Below are positions 38,696 through 50,923 of a stretch of 64,000 nucleotides of DNA, in pieces. Both the position numbers and the translations under genes were made by a program. The notes below the pieces were generated by a model. The model saw only the letters and a program-made list of their open reading frames with translations. It did not search any database and had not been told where the DNA came from. The stretch is from Azolla caroliniana (lineage: Eukaryota > Plantae > Polypodiophyta): contig JBHGNT010000018.1 in assembly GCA_043228905.1 (NCBI GenBank), positions 13,888,001 to 13,952,000 of the forward strand, written 5' to 3'. Numbering within the stretch: position 1 is the first letter of the stretch; each line of letters opens with the position of its first letter.

Positions 38696-39265
38696 TGTTG
38701 GCAAATAGGTCCCTTCGGATGAGCCGGATCAGACGAGCTGAAGGAAGGAACCGAACCGGATGGGTCTAGAAGGTACCTGGATACCGGATCGGATGGATCC
38801 GGAGGGAGTCCGACCGTATCCGGTATGAACCAACAAATAGGAACATATTAGTAAATATGTCCAGACGTGACCGTTGATGTCATATTTATAAATAGCCCTA
38901 AAGTTATATAAGTATAAATATAACTAGGGCAACAATGTTCCTGTAATGTTGTTATCATTGTACAGAGAGAGATACAGGGAGACACAGAGAGAGAGCGAGA
39001 GAGAAACAGAAAGTATTTCTCTATTGTAACTGCCGATTGGCGAAGACATAGAGCTCGAGGTCATTGCCTCTAAGTCTCACATTGTACCCTTCCTCTCATA
39101 ATGATAGTTGGACTTTGTGGGCTTTTGTGGGTTTTCACGATTAGGGTTTTCCACGTTAACATCTGGTGTCGTCTCATTCTGTGTAAGTGCATCAATCTTC
39201 ATTTCTGGTTTGTTTCTTCCATTGAGTGTTTAAGACTCGGTTATGGCCGAGCACTATTCCTCTCA
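38696..39265 (+). mobile_element. Solo LTR G related to the copia E LTRs
   Basis: Ends are TGTTGG…CTCTCA with a TSD ACTTT (38691-38695 and 39266-39270). It shares blocks with 27981-28505, such as GGGTTTTCCACGT and AAGACTCGGTT. Confidence 0.88.
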
Positions 39266-40880
39266 ACTTTCAAGGGACCAAGGAGGTTACAAGTATTTAT
39301 ACAAGTTCTAAGATTGAATATCTCTAGAATATACCGTACAATATTTCTAGAATATACTCACGACTAGAATATTTAAATTGATTCTAAAATGTACTCTATG
39401 CAAGACTATAGAATACTAAACTGTTATATAAAATGCATGCTTATATCAAAATGTTCAAGCACGACATCTTGTTCATGTGAGGTTGCAGGTTCAATCCTCA
39501 TGAACTATGTATTTGATGTCACTATGTCGTGACAGATGGTCTCTACGTGCCGCGACGCAACCTCCTCCATCAGTCTTTTCATGCCACCCATGCCACCCAT
39601 GCCACCCTGACTGTTATTCATTTCTAGGGGCCTTCCCGTGTCGCTCGCGTGTACCGGACCGTTCCAAAGGTACATCACATTGTTCTTTAGTGCATCGGCG
39701 AAGTCGACGTAGTATCTTCGGATGTGGCTAACCCCGTCGCACCACATGCACCTTGGGTCATTCCGAGGGCGCCAGTCATGTGATTGACCCCCTCCTTCCC
39801 TTCGAGCTTGAGCAACCTAGAGATCGCGCACCATCTTCGTCAGCCACCACCAGATGGCCCCTCAACCACGTTGGTCGAAATCGGGCCCAACTTCAAGCCA
39901 CCTTCTTGTTCCTTCTGACCAAGCCAGAACCTCCTTTGACCTCTGTTCAGTAGTCGGGCCGACCGACGACGACCCTACATCGTTCCATTCGAGCCGTTTG
40001 TCGAAAAGGTTGCATACTCTTTTAACCACGACCGAGTCGTCTCCAGGAGGAAACCACCCTTCTCACGGTAGCGAATCGACTGACTTGATGAATAATAGGA
40101 CCTTGCTTGTGTTGAGCACAGTCTGATCTAGTGCTGATAATCGCGTGAATCTCTTCTCGAATTCTTGGAGAAGCGCCAAACAGTTTCTTCCTTTGTCAAG
40201 CGACTTGACCCACTCCATAAGATCCCGTTTCGACATTCAAAGCGGTTCATCAATGTCATACCTCTCGAGGAGTCGCTCTTTGAGCTCCGACCAGTTCTGA
40301 CAATCTGCTTGTACCTCGAGCACTTCCGTGTGGATGCTCGACGTTATGACCCGTGGGAACCCGGACAACCGTTTGTCCTCCGGAATGTCCCTCATTATCA
40401 TTTCAGCCTGGTAGGCCTCCAAGTAGCTTGTCATGTCCTTCCCATTAAATCGGCCTATCGTGCCGACAATCATTTCTATAGCCCTATCGAGGCCTCCTCT
40501 ACCCTCCCACACATTCACTATACGGTCGAGGACCATGACCATCGTCATTGCATGTTCACTTCCTCTCATCCCGAGCTCCTTCGACACCTCCCTTCACATT
40601 GGGTTCACCAAAGATGTTGTAGTATTCCGCGAGTACGTGTCGGATTAGGGCGGGACAGAACCGGAGAGAGAGAGATTATTTGAACATAACATAGGCGCAC
40701 AAACCTTCTATACGATCCGATCCCGACTTGCTACCAAATTCCAAAGGACAAGCACACGAGCTCGAGACACAAAAAAACACGAGAGGGTAAACAGAAGACA
40801 GAGGCAAGGATGCTCCGATCACACAGAGAGACAACAAATTTAATGATTAAATGGAAAATAGAAGGAGGTTACAACCAGAC

Positions 40881-43290
40881 ACATCTAATCCACCATACTC
40901 TTTGTCGAGTGAGTGCGCCGATTTGTTTCCATCTGTGTCTTCGTACTCAGGCATTTTGGCCTTCCCTTTGTCCAATTTCGGACTTGGCCGCAACATGCTT
41001 TGATTGCTTGGAGGCTCCTGTGGTCCACTCAACCTGGTTGTGATTGAACTTTCTTTTTGTGTGAGCCTCATTTGATCATCCTCCTGCGATTCTATTATAT
41101 CGAAATCGGTTTCGATTGGATCGGATGGAGTTGAGTCAACTATGTACCAAGATGCCGATTTGTCAAATACAACATCCCTACTCACTCCTACCTTCCTGGT
41201 GGAGGGGTTGAAATACTTATACCCCTTTTGCTTGAGTGAGTACCTTACTAGGATACATTTCTCCGACTTGGGATCAAGCTTTTGCCTCTTTTCGTTGGGA
41301 ATATGTACGAATGCGATAAAGCCGAATATCCTGATGTGGGATAGGTCCAACTTCTTTCCATAGAACTTCTCGTGGGGGGTTATATCGTGCACTCCGGATG
41401 TTGTGCACTAATTCATTAGATAGATGGCCGTGTTCACCGCTTCAACCCAGTACGAATTTGACAGATGTTTCTCATTCATCATCGCCCTTGCCACCTCGAG
41501 TATGTGCCGGTTCTTTTGTTTGACTACTCCCTTCTGTTGAGTTGTGTGTCAGCAACTCCCGCCAGATTCCTTCTTGTCAAAGGTATGTTGTGAAGGCATC
41601 GGAGAAATGCTCTTTGCCACCGTTCGATTGAAGGCATCAGACTTGCCAACTGGTTGCCTTTTCGACTTCGTTTTAAAATTTCGGGAAGTTTGAAAACACT
41701 TCATTCTTCTGCCACGTAGGGAATATGTAGGTGTGCCTGGAGAAGTCGTCGATGAACGTCACATAATACAGGCAACCACCGAATGTTGCCGTCTAGGTTG
41801 GTCCCCACACATATGAATGTATCACATACAGGGTCCCTATACTCACGTTCCTCTCCATTGGGAACGGTTGTCAGTGTTCTTTGCCAATTCTTGTCAGTGT
41901 TCTTTGCCGAATTGGCAGGCTTTGTACATGCCTGTAATCTCCTTTTCGGTAAAGGTTGGGAGTCCAAGGACGACTCCTTTTGATTGCATTCCTTTGAGCT
42001 TTTGGAGATTGATGTGGCCAATCCTTTTGTGCCACAGCTCTATGTTAGCATTGGCTCTATGGCCCTTGGAAAACATTGCCCGATTTCATTTCATGAGAGT
42101 CGACGATGAACATCCAACATTCCCTTCGACCGCAAGCAATAATTCGACTTATTTTTCTATGAAGCACCCACCGTTGTTGAAGCGAACTTGCATGCCTTGT
42201 TCAACAATCTAGCCGACGAAGGCCAGGTTCTTCGTTATCGTTGGGACATGCAAGACGTTCTTGATGTAGGTTTGGTTTCCCTCTTCCCTGAATGGGACAT
42301 TGCCAACATGTTGAATGGGGTGAATTGTGTCATCCCCTGTTTCCACATAGCCGAGTCGTTCGGGCTTCCGCAGTTCTCGAAAGCAATCTTCATGAGACGT
42401 CCTATGATTGGATGCACCCGAATCGACAAACCATAACTTTTTTGAACTGGAGGTGTTGGTCGAGCACGATGCTATCATCGAATTCGCTCTATGCCGCATC
42501 ATGAACATTCCACCACGATCATAGTAGTTGGAATTTGAGGCGTAGTTAGTAAATGCTCGGCTTGTGAAGGCCAACTCACTCTTCTTCATCCGACACTCTG
42601 CCTCGTAATAGCCGAATTTGCCACAATATCCGCATTGGGCGGAGTTGTTTTGTTGGCTAGGTCCAACATGATTGCTCCCCCTTCTTCTAGATGTTCCACC
42701 TCGCATCCTTGCAATGTGTTGCTAGTAGTAGAAATTATGTTCGTGGGGTTGTTCTTGGTTGTGACTCTCTTGGCCGAATCGGCCTCTTCTTTTGCGACTT
42801 GTCCCCTTCCTCCATCAGAGTTCGAATAGAGCATGTGTCCTTCTTGCACATTGTTCCTTGTTCGGACGTGATTTTCTTCAACCAGTAGCATCGACTAGAG
42901 ATCGAAGGAAGGAGGATTCTCCCTCGTGAGGATGGCTGACCTTATTGCGCTGAACCAAGTTGCTAGGCTGCCAAGGCATAACTGCACCATTTCTTCATCG
43001 TCAATGTTGACATTGATTGACCCAAGGGAGTTGCACATCTCCTTGATCTTCAAGGTGTAGTTGCCGATTGACATATCCCTGTGTTGTATGTTGTTTAACT
43101 CTTGTCGGAGGTTAAGCTTTCGTGCGGTTGTGTTGGTCACGAATATCTTTCTGAGGTTCCCCCATGCTTCTTTTGGTGTTTTGGCCTCTCTGATGTAGTT
43201 CAGCATGTCATCATGGATGCATGATGCAAAGCAATACAGCACGTGGCTTGCCGCTTGCTCCCAAGCTGGGTGGTCAACATGTGCTAGGTC
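40881..43290 (-). mobile_element. Copia family D internal fragment (gag, PR, INT)
   Basis: ORFs 42895-43320, 42209-42706 (CGYCGKFGYYEAEC, WFVDSGASNH) and 40847-41392 (KLDPKSEKCILV). Confidence 0.88.
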
Positions 43291-45285
43291 GTCGGGTCTC
43301 CGAGGAGTGGATTCTCCCATTTTGATAGAAGATAATGTTTCTTTCTAATGCTTCCTTATGGCTCTGACAATCCCTTTTTTGGTGCTTCGTGCTATCGCAC
43401 CATATGCATCGGCGGATGAATTCACCCTTTTCTCCTTCATTGGGCTTTTGTCGAACACTTGAGCTTTCCCCCTTCTCAAGCTTTGTGAACTTGAGTTGTA
43501 GATCCCGCATTCCCTTTATCAGATCATCAATCGTGGACTCTGGCTCCTTTCCTTTGCCAACATCCGTTCGGGTTCCTAATTCTTGTTTTGGATGTTCTCT
43601 AGCTGTTGTCTTTATTCTATTGTTGTAGCCATCCTCCATCCTTAGTGCCCTCCTTCTTAGTACTCGACAAGCCTCGAGTACTTCCGCCCAATCGGACACC
43701 AAACCGGTTGTGCTTGTCCGGTCTTCAAGAAGGATGATCATATCTTTTCTAAAAGATTTATCTGTCGCTCGGACGAATAAATCCACCTTCTTTGATTGTA
43801 GTAGTTATCGGTCTCTTACCCATAGCTCATTATATCTTTTCTCAAACTCTCTCAGCAATTCTGAAACTGAGAGTCCTTTACCCCCTTTCTCGGTCCATTC
43901 AAGAAAGCTCTTCTTTGACATTCGGGTCTGGTCGTCTAGCATGTATTCATCAAGCAATGCTTGACGGAACCCAGCACAATCTTCAAGAAATCTCTCCGAT
44001 AATTCCGTTACCCTTGCTCAGACATCAAGTGTGCATACCCGATTGATGCGCGAGACCATTTGTTCTCCGGTTGCCCCTCTACTGGCCATCTCGTATTCGT
44101 AGACCTCAAGGAATCGAGTGACGTCCTTGCCATTAAATTTGCTTATCCTCTCGATGACCGTTTGTAAGACGAGCGTTAACTCACTTTCCATCTGGTTCAT
44201 TGCACTTTGCTCTTGAAGCATCCGATTCATCATCGTCATCATGAAACTTGCCATCTCTTCATTGAAGCCCTTATTTGCCATCTCTGTGTTGGCACCTTTA
44301 TCCGCCATTTTCTTTGATTTTCCGACCTTCTCTTTGTAAAACTTTAACTCTAAAACTCCCCTTGTCAACAACACTTCACGTCGGGTTCACCAAATTTGTG
44401 TCGCGAAGATTGTGGTTGTGTGTCGCAACCGCCGAGGTTCTATGACTCGGGGATGATCGGGGTGAAAACGTGTAATCGCAAACGGTGCGATGACAAGAAG
44501 CCAATAAGGCAAGATAAATGCGACGTTGTCGCAAAAAGAATTTTACTTGTAAAACAACCACTTACAATATTTATTTTCCAAAAGTTACTTGGCAAGACTT
44601 GAACTCACAAACTCTATTTGAGAAGAAGTATTTGAGATAGACCACTTCAATCCCTTTGGTTTCTTTTTATTTGTCTTTCTCTTTCACTTTATATATACTA
44701 AATTTATATTACAAAATTTGATTACCAAAAGAAGTTATTTGAAGAGGATTTGAACTCATGACCTTTTGTTTACAAAGAGGCGTTTGAGATACACCACTTT
44801 AACTTCTTCCTTTTCTTATATCCACTTTTTCTTTAACTCTTCTCTTGATTTATGTAGGCCACCATCTTCTTTGGCGAGCTCTGCATCCCATACCCACGCG
44901 AGCTTCTTCACTCGCTTTTCCTTCTCTTCCTTCTCCTTCTCCTTTAGCCACCATAGGCGTGGCTTATATAGGGTGGTCAACCGCCCTACCGCCCTCTTGA
45001 GGCGGTTGTATTTTTATTTTTATTTTATTTTATTTTATTTTCTTTATTTATTGATGCTACAATTCAATTTTATAATTCTATATTTAAGAAATTATAGAAA
45101 TAGCCCTTATTTAATTTTGACTCCCCCTTTTGACATAATTTTTGTCCCAAGTAACATTAATCCTTCCGAAGCTTGTATCTTGGGCTTCTGAACTCCGATT
45201 CACGAACCGAAAATTCCTTCATGCTCCTTGTCATAAGCTCCAGATGCGAAATGTACTTCTATAGATTTTTGACATTGTTTTCACA
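43290..45285 (-). mobile_element. 5' part of a gypsy related to family A (LTR about 44397-45285, Trp PBS, gag)
   Basis: TTCACGTCGGGTTCACCA at 44375-44392 is an exact match to the tRNA-Trp 3' end. Gag has FNGKDVTRFLEVYE and CIWCDSTKHQKRDC. The outer LTR boundary is approximate. Confidence 0.8.
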
Positions 45286-47437
45286 TCGTGAAGTGTCAAC
45301 TTCACGACAACGTGATACGTGTGAAGGTGAGTAGCGACTCTCGATGTTCAAGAACTTTACCAATGAATGTTGCAATCGAGAGTGTACATCGTGGTTGTGA
45401 GAGAAATTCGTGCAAGGATTGGGCTCGATCGAAGAGATGTGGAAAGCATGGTCAAATATGATCAAAGGCAAAGCATTGTATCAAAGTGTGATACTCAAAC
45501 TCTCGAACTTGTTTAGGGCAACGTGTGCATAGCCGACCACTCTCATCACTTGTGCCGCAACGCCCCATCTCACATCTCAATGCGTGCGAGCTAAGTCGCA
45601 TGGAAGCAATGGTTCGAATGGCAGATATTGGGATGGGCTCTAACATGTATCGATGTGTACGGCTTCCCAGTTCCACGAAGAATATGGTTTTGTAGTTAGG
45701 TGCAACATTTGTAGTATAATGTGTGAAGCGTGAGCCACCACGTTTGTCTCATGTCATGATACATTGGCATTGCAAAAAGGCCTCATTTACAATAGAATCT
45801 AGTGACACATCATGAAGCAAGTGTCTTGCATCCCATCTACCAAACCATTTTTCTAAATCTTGCATCCAACCGGAACACAAAATTTTGCTTTTATGCGTCT
45901 TTTGGATCTTTTTGCTTGCTTCCCATGCAATTCTAGGAAGTCGATGTGAGGGGCTTTTTTGAACCTTAAGCATGTATTTAACAACCCTTTCCATGGCTAT
46001 GATCTCAATGGGAAGCCATCCCGTCTCAAGGAGGAGGGTGTAGGGCATTTGTTTCTTAACTTGTAGAAACTTTGTAAGAAAATGTTTTTGGACATTTTCA
46101 AACTCTTTCCACGTAGATTTAGGGATGCTACTGCCCCATACTTCCACCCCATAGAGAAGAACCGGGGTCACCAAATTGTCAAAAGATATTTCTTGAGGAC
46201 CCAACACTTAATATCTCCAAGATTGCATGTGTTCTCAAATGCATAATATGCTCGCTTACCTGCCTGTAAGCGGCGTGTAGCACATTCATTCCATTTATGA
46301 TTTGAAGGAACTTCAAGGCCAAGATATTTGAAGCTTCCCACACATTCAAGTGGCTCATTGTTGTACATAATGCATGGTTTATCTCTTTTTTGACTCTTCA
46401 CAAGCACAATATTTGTTTTAGAGCTATTGACACTTAATCTAGTATGCATGCAAAATTTTTCCAATGCCTTCATAAGCTTTTGTGCATCTCCTGAAGTATT
46501 TGCAAAAAGCACTACATCATCCGCATATAACAAAAGCATAATCACAACATTCCCAATGACAGCTTCTTCAACACATTCTTCCTTTATAAACTTGGTAACT
46601 GTGAAAGTGTTTTTAGAATCTAAGCCATTGAACATTAGGAGAATATAAAGTATAGATAATTCACCTTTTGAGGATAAGAACACGAACTAAGACCTTAGGG
46701 AAGAAGTCAAAAGTAAAAGTACGAGACCAAGAGAAAAGTAAAAAGAGAAAACGCAGACTATAAAAAAACAGTAAAAATAGAATGGTCATAACTCCCTTTT
46801 TGTTTATCCAAATATCACGTTTAAATATGGATTAGAAAGCTTGTAAAAAGAGCTTTCTATAGCTTTTTAAATCGCTTAATTTGGATATCGGATGAGGGAG
46901 ATATGACGATTAGAAGGTTGATGTGTCATAGCTAAAAATAGGGAGATAAAAAGCTTCTAAAAATAGCATGAACGTGGATAAGAAGAGGAAGGTTATAAAA
47001 GAAGAAGTAATATTAGTGAGGAGGGGGGCTAAGAGTGAAGGCCAAAGAGTGGATGAGGAGTGTTAGGAAGAAGTGTCTTTGTAGAAGAGGAAGTGTCTTA
47101 GAAGAGGAAGGTCTTTGGTTTTAGTTCAATGTGGAGTTTGTCTCCTTTGTATTCTCTTGATGTTGGAATATCAGAATATTCTTATTTCTTGCTCGCTTTC
47201 TCTATCTTTTTTCTTAGTTTCTTGAGTTATACTCTCTAATCATAATTACCTAGAGCTATATAATATATTATGATTTTCAACTCCATCTAATCGGTTTGAT
47301 CAAGCCCTCATATAGTGTATAACTATCTATTATCTTATACACTCTATCATTTTGGCGCTCCAGGGAGGGTGGATCCTTTCCGTATAGGAGGGAGAACTTA
47401 TCATTTAATTGTGTTACTATATTACATTAACTTAGCT

Positions 47438-50400
47438 ATGCAATTTGCATTTTCAGGTGAAAGAACACAAGATGCGGGTGCCTTTTTGGCATCTTTTGAG
47501 CATCATGCTGTCTCTATTGGACGCATCACCGACAATGAGAAGTTACCTTTATTGGTAGCTACATTCTATGGTCGAGCTCGAGATTGGTATGACTCTCTTC
47601 CTCCAAACCAACAGGGAGCATATCAATTGTTGGTGCACCAGTTTCGTGCCAAATATATTCAACGACGAAGTGCAACCGAAGTAAGGGAAGAGCTATTTCG
47701 ACTAAAGATGGAATCACCAATTGGTTTCACTGAGTATGAAAGAAATTTCAAGGATTTGTGGACTACATGGATTCGTCTTCGTGGCGGCACTGAAGACGAG
47801 TGGTTTAAAATGGAACGATTCAAGATGGGTCTTGATATGTATTTCCGTTTGGAAGCAAACTTGAAGGATCCCACATCGTTTCAAGCTCTTATCCAAGTTT
47901 GTCAAGCTTATGATCGACAAGTGAAGATGATGAGCTCCTTGGGGGATCCCCAAATGACGGCTTTGGGTGCAAATTTGATGTCTCGTGCCAACTTTCAAGC
48001 CTCATCTTCAATTGTGCATGGGGGACAAGTGTTTCCAAATGTGTATACCACCACAACAATAAACCCAACAAGTATATCCCAAGAAGTTGAACAAGTGAGG
48101 AGTGAACAAGATACCATGGCATTGGTAAATCGGCGCTTTGATGAAGTGATGACCCACTTGCGACAATCCCAAGCAATTCACAACACTATTCCCGATGGTG
48201 GTGGCTCTAGAGGGCATCACGGTGTAATTTGTTATTCTTGTCAAGAGGAGGGACACATCTCAACAAGATGTCCTCATCGACAACAAAGAGGCATGGGAAG
48301 AGGCATTTATCAAGTGCAAAGGAATGGACAACGACCTAACAACAATGAAGTCGAAGGAAACGTAACACTCCCTATGGCTCAGGTTCCTACAATCCCTCAT
48401 AATGTGAATCTTCTTAATTTTATTGATGATAGTGATAATTCTTTTGAAGTAGCTCCTGTGAAAAGGACAAGGTCCTCGCAAAAGGAGAAAGAAGTTGAAG
48501 GAGAATCTAGTGCCTCAAGACAAAAGAAGAAGTCTAAGGAGAATGAGAAAGAGGAAAAATTGAGAAGGAGACACTCTAGAAGAAAGATCAAGATGGAGGA
48601 CATTCCTATGGGTGAAGGTGTAGAAGCTTTCAATTTGAAGCATGAGTTGATTTCAAGTGGACCAAGGATAACATGGCCGCAACTTCTCCAATTATCTCCC
48701 ACATTACGAAAGGAGTGGGGGCGACTTGCAAGTATTCGCCAAAGTCGGAAGACTGTGCATTATGTGGGAATCGTGCGAGTAGAAGATCGAAAGGACATAC
48801 GACCCACCATCCCCGTCTCCATCAAAGGGTTTCACATCAAAGATGCGTTGGTTGATAGTGGTGCTAGAGTAAGCTTGATTTCTGAATTTGTGGTAAACAA
48901 AGTGGGAATTCCTATAAGTAGGTCATCTTCGGCAAGAGTGGCTGTAGCCGATGGTGGAGTGGTCCATTGCATTGGCATAGTGGAGGATGTTGTCATCAAG
49001 TGTTTTGGGGTAAGCATTTCCATGGATTTTCATGTAATACCACTAAAAGGACCGTCATATTCTTTGGTACTAGGACGACCATGGATGCAAGAACTCAATG
49101 TTGTCCAAGATTGGAGCAAAGGTTTGATGACCATAACGCCATCAAAAGGAGTGAGCATACATTATGATATGCGGCAACAAAGACTTATTGAGAAAGAAGA
49201 AGATGGAATAACTGAATATGATAGTGGGTCCGCATATGAAAGTGATGAAAGTGAAGATTCCTCGTCAGAATGGGAAATGACCACATCATATGCCGTTTTG
49301 AAGGAAGAAGATGATGAAGGAGGTTTAATTACTATGGAGCAAAAAGAGAAGATGATTTCTAAAGATCTTAAAGGGCAAGAGAGGCAACAATTTATTAATT
49401 TGATTTCTGAATTTCCTAACCTTTTCATTAGTGATTATGCTCATATTAGGGGTGTAGATGTCATCCAACATCACATAAATCTAAAGGAGGGTACAACTCC
49501 CGTTGCGCAAAAGTTGCGAAGGCTAGGTCACGTGCAAAAGGAGGCCTTATTAAAGGAAGTCAAAGCTTTGTTGCGTGCACAATTCATTTACCCAGTGGAA
49601 GATTCTGAATGGGTTTCGCCCATTGTGGTGGTACCTAAAAAGAATGGAAAATGGAGGGTTTGTGTTGATTACAAACCTCTAAATGCGGCTACCAAGAGGG
49701 ATCACTTTCCTCTCCCTTTCCAAGATGAAATATTAGATGAAATTGCGGGTCATGAAATGTACTCTGTTTGTGATGGCTATTCAGGTTATTTTCAAATTCG
49801 TATTGCGGAAGAGGATCAAAAGAAGACGACATTCATCACTCCATGGGGATGCTTTGCATATCGATGCATGCCCTTTGGACTCACAAATGCTGTTTTTACA
49901 TTTAATCGTCTTGCTATTCATGTATTCCAACCATTCTTTGGAAAGTTTGTTAGAGTCTTTATGGATGACTTTGCAATTTATAGTAGCAGGAAAGACCATT
50001 TGGAAAAGGTTCGCTTGGCATTCAAAAGATTGGAGGAATGCAAAATGCAACTCAACCCAGAGAAGTGTCACATAGGTGAAAAGGAGGTGGTGATGCTTGG
50101 TCATGTGGTGTCTCAAGAAGGAATCAAAGTTGATAGCTCAAAGATTGAAGCAATTCAAAAGATGACAACACCCACGAGTATCAAAGATTTGGAGGTATTT
50201 GTTCAAAAAGTTCGTTACTTTGAACGATTCATTCATATGTTGGCCCAAATTCTCTATCCTTTTCGCATTATTCTTCGCACCAACAACTTCTTGTGGACAT
50301 CTACAACTGAAGAGCAATATGTAAGAATAAAAGAACTATTATGTAATGCTCCTATTCTAAAGCCACCTGATAGAACATCTACCTTCTTTCTTTCTCTTAG

Positions 50401-50923
50401 TGTTGGATCTCATGCTATAGGAGCCATTCTTATGCAACAAGATTCTGAAAATAGACTTATGCATCCTATATATTTTATTAGTAAAGCCATGTCTGATGTA
50501 GAGAAAGAATTCTTAGAAGTAGAAAAGTGGATGTTAGCTCTTATATATGCTTGTAAAAAGTTTAGAAGCTTTCTACTACCTCATCATTTTGTAATAATCA
50601 CTAGCATGTCATTACTCCCATATGTACTCCAACATGTGAGCATTTCAGCACGAATTGCTAAATGGGCTCTACTACTGGCGGAGTTTGATTTTGAAGTCAA
50701 ATTGGAATCAACTATGCGTGCCGAATTGGCGGATCTTCTCACCTTTAGAGAAACCTTTCATGAAGAAGACTTGGTAAAGCTACGAAAGGCACTTCCCGAG
50801 CCGGATATGGAGGATGCATTCACCTTATTCTTTGATGGGGCATTTCGCAAAGCCACAAACATAGCCGTGGGTGGGATTATTCTCAAGGATCCTCAAGGAG
50901 ACAGAGTAAAAAGTGAAGGTTAA
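47438..50923 (+). CDS. gag-PR-RT-RH plus the N-terminal stub of an additional (aRH-type) RNase H
   Basis: Motifs include CYSCQEEGHISTRC, ALVDSGA, DGYSGYFQI, FMDD and TLFFDGAF. The first ATG after the PBS is at 47438. Confidence 0.92.
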   Translation: MQFAFSGERTQDAGAFLASFEHHAVSIGRITDNEKLPLLVATFYGRARDWYDSLPPNQQGAYQLLVHQFRAKYIQRRSATEVREELFRLKMESPIGFTEYERNFKDLWTTWIRLRGGTEDEWFKMERFKMGLDMYFRLEANLKDPTSFQALIQVCQAYDRQVKMMSSLGDPQMTALGANLMSRANFQASSSIVHGGQVFPNVYTTTTINPTSISQEVEQVRSEQDTMALVNRRFDEVMTHLRQSQAIHNTIPDGGGSRGHHGVICYSCQEEGHISTRCPHRQQRGMGRGIYQVQRNGQRPNNNEVEGNVTLPMAQVPTIPHNVNLLNFIDDSDNSFEVAPVKRTRSSQKEKEVEGESSASRQKKKSKENEKEEKLRRRHSRRKIKMEDIPMGEGVEAFNLKHELISSGPRITWPQLLQLSPTLRKEWGRLASIRQSRKTVHYVGIVRVEDRKDIRPTIPVSIKGFHIKDALVDSGARVSLISEFVVNKVGIPISRSSSARVAVADGGVVHCIGIVEDVVIKCFGVSISMDFHVIPLKGPSYSLVLGRPWMQELNVVQDWSKGLMTITPSKGVSIHYDMRQQRLIEKEEDGITEYDSGSAYESDESEDSSSEWEMTTSYAVLKEEDDEGGLITMEQKEKMISKDLKGQERQQFINLISEFPNLFISDYAHIRGVDVIQHHINLKEGTTPVAQKLRRLGHVQKEALLKEVKALLRAQFIYPVEDSEWVSPIVVVPKKNGKWRVCVDYKPLNAATKRDHFPLPFQDEILDEIAGHEMYSVCDGYSGYFQIRIAEEDQKKTTFITPWGCFAYRCMPFGLTNAVFTFNRLAIHVFQPFFGKFVRVFMDDFAIYSSRKDHLEKVRLAFKRLEECKMQLNPEKCHIGEKEVVMLGHVVSQEGIKVDSSKIEAIQKMTTPTSIKDLEVFVQKVRYFERFIHMLAQILYPFRIILRTNNFLWTSTTEEQYVRIKELLCNAPILKPPDRTSTFFLSLSVGSHAIGAILMQQDSENRLMHPIYFISKAMSDVEKEFLEVEKWMLALIYACKKFRSFLLPHHFVIITSMSLLPYVLQHVSISARIAKWALLLAEFDFEVKLESTMRAELADLLTFRETFHEEDLVKLRKALPEPDMEDAFTLFFDGAFRKATNIAVGGIILKDPQGDRVKSEG

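Larger units (their letters stand above)
32882..39534 (-). mobile_element. Solo LTR F (chromovirus-like) with internal duplication, hosting D and G
   Basis: Ends are TGTCACGA…TCGTGACA with a TSD GATGG (32877-32881 and 39535-39539). The segment 33060-33248 plus 38595-38690 is repeated at 39271-39520. Confidence 0.85.
26964..40880 (-). mobile_element. Gypsy A' (second family A copy), fragmented by elements E, F, D and G
   Basis: Segments are RT N-terminus 26964-27980, PR 31962-32881 (ALIDHGSE), gag 39540-40590, Trp PBS 40593-40610 and a partial LTR 40615-40880. They are collinear with element A. Confidence 0.85.

Noticed and set aside
26175-40880. One intact element bounded by the LTRs at 26175 and 40615
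   Set aside because: There is no TSD, the left LTR abuts mid-RT sequence, the right LTR is truncated, and the flanking copia fragments are in opposite orientations.
47315-47437. N-terminal 41 aa of the 1202-aa ORF
   Set aside because: It starts at a GTG inside the LTR and crosses the PBS; the first ATG is at 47438.
50905-50923. Programmed frameshift between RH and INT
   Set aside because: The shift coincides with loss of the aRH core, so a deletion explains it better.
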